Below are positions 61,236-64,000 of a stretch of DNA of 64,000 nucleotides, in pieces. Source of the DNA: Raillietiella orientalis (taxonomy: Eukaryota). The stretch spans positions 930,001 to 994,000 of the forward strand of contig JAYWIR010000027.1 in the NCBI GenBank assembly GCA_036172245.1. The letters are read 5' to 3'. Both the position numbers and the translations under genes were made by a program. Position 1 is the first letter of the stretch, and every line of letters starts with the position of its first letter. The notes beneath the pieces are model-generated. The model did not search any database. It was not told the DNA's origin and was given only the letters and a program-made list of their open reading frames with translations.

Positions 61236-64000
61236 CTAAGGGAGGCGAGTGGCAGCAGAATGCAGGCGGGATAGGGGGTCCCTTGAGACGGACAGGAAGG
61301 AGGAACTCGAATCGTTAAACCTCGGCACGAATGCTGTGATCCCAAGCGCCCTACCACGTGACCCTCTACGCCGGGGCGAGCAGCTCGGGACTCCTCGTGA
61401 CCCCCGGCGTTCCTGGGCAGTCGCATCCTCCCCCTCGAAGAACAGAGGTCAGCGCGCCTGCGGAGTGACGCCGCTGGCGCCTCCCGTGTGACGTCGCCCC
61501 AGGGGGATACGGACCCCGGCCGCTGCGGGTGTATCCCTCCTTTACCTGCTTCCGGGACGCATTGCCCTCCAGTCCCTGTGGAGACGTCTCGATTGGTCGA
61601 CCCGGGGCTCGATTTCAGACTCCGCGCGAGATGCACTGCATCCAGCAGCAGCGCCCTGGAGAGAAACCGGCAATGGGCGAGGCGGCAGGTGCACCATCCG
61701 CTGTGCCATCCGCTTCCCAAGGAGAGCAGCCAGATGGCACCACCGTGAAGGCATGCAGGAGGAACCTGCCGGTGTCCCAGGAAGAGCGTAGAGGACTCCC
61801 TCCAGCGGATCCTCTCCCGTGTACCCTTTTTTCCTTTTCATCCGCCTTTTATTATTATTATTATTTTGCTCCTCCCCTCCCCTCCCTCTGCTGTCGAGGG
61901 GAACGTCTCTGGTCTGAATCCCGGCAGGTGGTAGGGCTCTCCTTCCTACCACGCTCATCTTGACTTCTGCGTGTTTTTGTTATACCCCAACGAATGCCCC
62001 GGACTGTGACCAGGGGACAACGAGCAACCTCCTCCAAGGTCGCATCCATGGAGCCTCGCATCCACGGCAACAAAGGAGTCTCTCGCTGGAGCTCGGGAAT
62101 GCGGGAGCAAAATCCCCCCATAGCTGAGGGAGGGCTGCTGATGTTTCTGCGACCACCGTCATGCCTGCCTACCGCACGGTCCGCCCGCGGGCTGGCGAGA
62201 ACTCTGCACCGGCTGGTGTCCATCCGGAGCACAGGCATCGACAAGTTTCGGAGGCTGCGAACACACTTGCTGCGCGGGTCGAGGACTCGGCGTGTCGCGA
62301 ACGCAGGAAACCCGCGGCGTTGTTCTGTCGCGGAGATCGATGGGGCTCCAAACGAGATGGGGAAAACGCGGGGAGGTGTCGTAGACTACGGAGAGGAGGG
62401 CACAGTCGGGGGTAAGGAGGAACGGCGGGCGATCCAGGCAGATCACCTTCCGCTTCGGGCGCCCGGAAGCCCGGCAGCGCCGCCGCGAGCGGCAGCGAGG
62501 AAACGCAGCAGTCCAGAGCGAGCGGGAACCCCCCGCTTTCCCTCGGGCGACTTTTCTTTTCCTCCCGCTCGTCCCGCGAGGTCACATAGAGCGGTCCAGG
62601 AGCACCGGGTGCGAGCACGAGCAGTGCCCGAGGCGCTATCGGGGAGGGAGGTCGCGGACGGGAGGCGAGTGTGACGCACCCCTCCCGCTCAGGCGCCAGA
62701 GACCTCCGCCTCGACCCAAGTTGGCATCCGTCTCTCTCGGGAAGGGCATAATCGCCTCCCCTTTCCCCCTCCCCTCCTCCGCGGCCCTCCCTCGCCCGAG
62801 ACGACCGCGGCTGCCGCCGTCCGGTGGTCGGAAGACGCCCTTTCCGGGGTCGCCGCCGCTGCCGCCTGCTCCCTCCGCAGGTGGCGCCGTGCGACTCGGT
62901 GCGCGGCTCACCTCCTTCCGAAGAAACCTCTTCCTCCTCCTCCTCTTCCCCCCGCCACAACGGAATTTCCTCGCCCCGAGGGCATTCCTGACGGAGCGGG
63001 CGGCGCCTTTTCAGGGACTCGCGGCGAACAATGGCCGGAGGCAGCTCAAAGCGGCGCGAGCGCGAATGGAAGCAGCTCGTAAATCTCTTCAACCGGAGGA
63101 AGAAGAGGGAGAGGGGGAGAGGGAGGACCCTCTGCTCTTTCGGGACGTGACCGCGCGCGGACTGCTCGCCCGACGAGCGTTCCGAGGGATCGAGCCGGGG
63201 TTTTCGCGGAATGAAAAGAGGCGAGCCGAAAATGCGCGCGCCGGAGGCTTTCCGGCTGAACCTGCCGCTCTGCATCAGGTCGCGCCCGCCCACGCCCTGA
63301 TCTGCTTCAGGGGCCCGGCCCACCTCGGACAAAAGGGATCAGAAATGGGGGCGACTATTTGCGCCTCCTCTCCCCTGCTCGGAATTCGGTCAAGAGAGGC
63401 TGTGCGGCCTCTCTTCGCCCTCTTCCCTCCCCTCCCCCTCACTTCCTCGCCCCTCACGGAAGGGAGGGAGTCGCGCTCAACCCGAGGGCGGCGTCCCGGG
63501 AGTCAGCGGGATAGGAAGACGCCGGGAGGCTGCTGCGATCCGAGGGCGTGCCCGTCCCCTTTCCGGCGGGTCTTCCACCCCGCCTGAGCAGTAGTCGCCT
63601 CCCGCAACCACCGTACGTGGTGCAGAGCGTGGGGCGGTGGGGCCCTTTGCCCGAGAGGTACTTACCATAGGAGCCATTACAACCCGTTCGACCCTTCCCG
63701 TGCGGTCTCCAGGTGGGACTGAACGGTGAACGGTGGGGTCAGCGCCGGAGGCAACAGTTGGGCAAGCTGGCAAAGATCTCGAAAGAGAGAAGGAGAAAGA
63801 GAAAGGGGGGATAGGAGGGAGGCCGTTGGCTGTTTCGAATAGGAACCAGGCAGCTCGTGAGGGTAGGACCCTTTTGCAGGTCTCTCTGGGATGCTGAGGC
63901 GTATGGCAATTTCAACCGGCTCCCCGTCCATGGCTCCCTTCTTCCCCCGTTCATGCCCAAGGCGCATGCGGGTTTAGGAATGCGAGACACACACCTGTCG

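Noticed and set aside
1..64000. CRISPR array, prokaryotic operon or defence system; the many 150-390 aa ORFs
   Set aside because: No regular repeat-spacer array and no gene-dense organisation. The ORFs overlap in all frames with R/P/G/S-rich composition typical of GC-rich non-coding DNA.

Overview
Eukaryotic (probably invertebrate, possibly arthropod; inferred) GC- and CpG-rich, gene-poor DNA. Most of the window is a graveyard of heavily decayed non-LTR retrotransposon (L1/Tx1-like) fragments, interspersed with a multi-copy tRNA-headed SINE-like family, low-complexity tracts and several local inverted duplications. Nearly all long ORFs in the track are artefacts of GC richness. Three things stand out. 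(1) One intact intronless gene (19547-19945, minus strand) encodes a divergent BAF (barrier-to-autointegration factor)-like protein with substitutions at DNA-binding and dimer-interface residues and an acidic tail. (2) A young 5'-truncated L1/Tx1-like LINE (21132-22568) has a 12-bp TSD. Its 3' end holds an antisense U4 snRNA 5'-stem-loop/K-turn fragment with compensatory base changes, bracketed by a second 12-bp direct repeat. (3) An apparently identical 783-bp inverted duplication lies at 43398-44180 / 50809-51591. No rRNA, intact tRNA, CRISPR array or prokaryotic operon was seen. All homology calls come from motif recognition by eye, not database searches, and boundaries of decayed relics are approximate.
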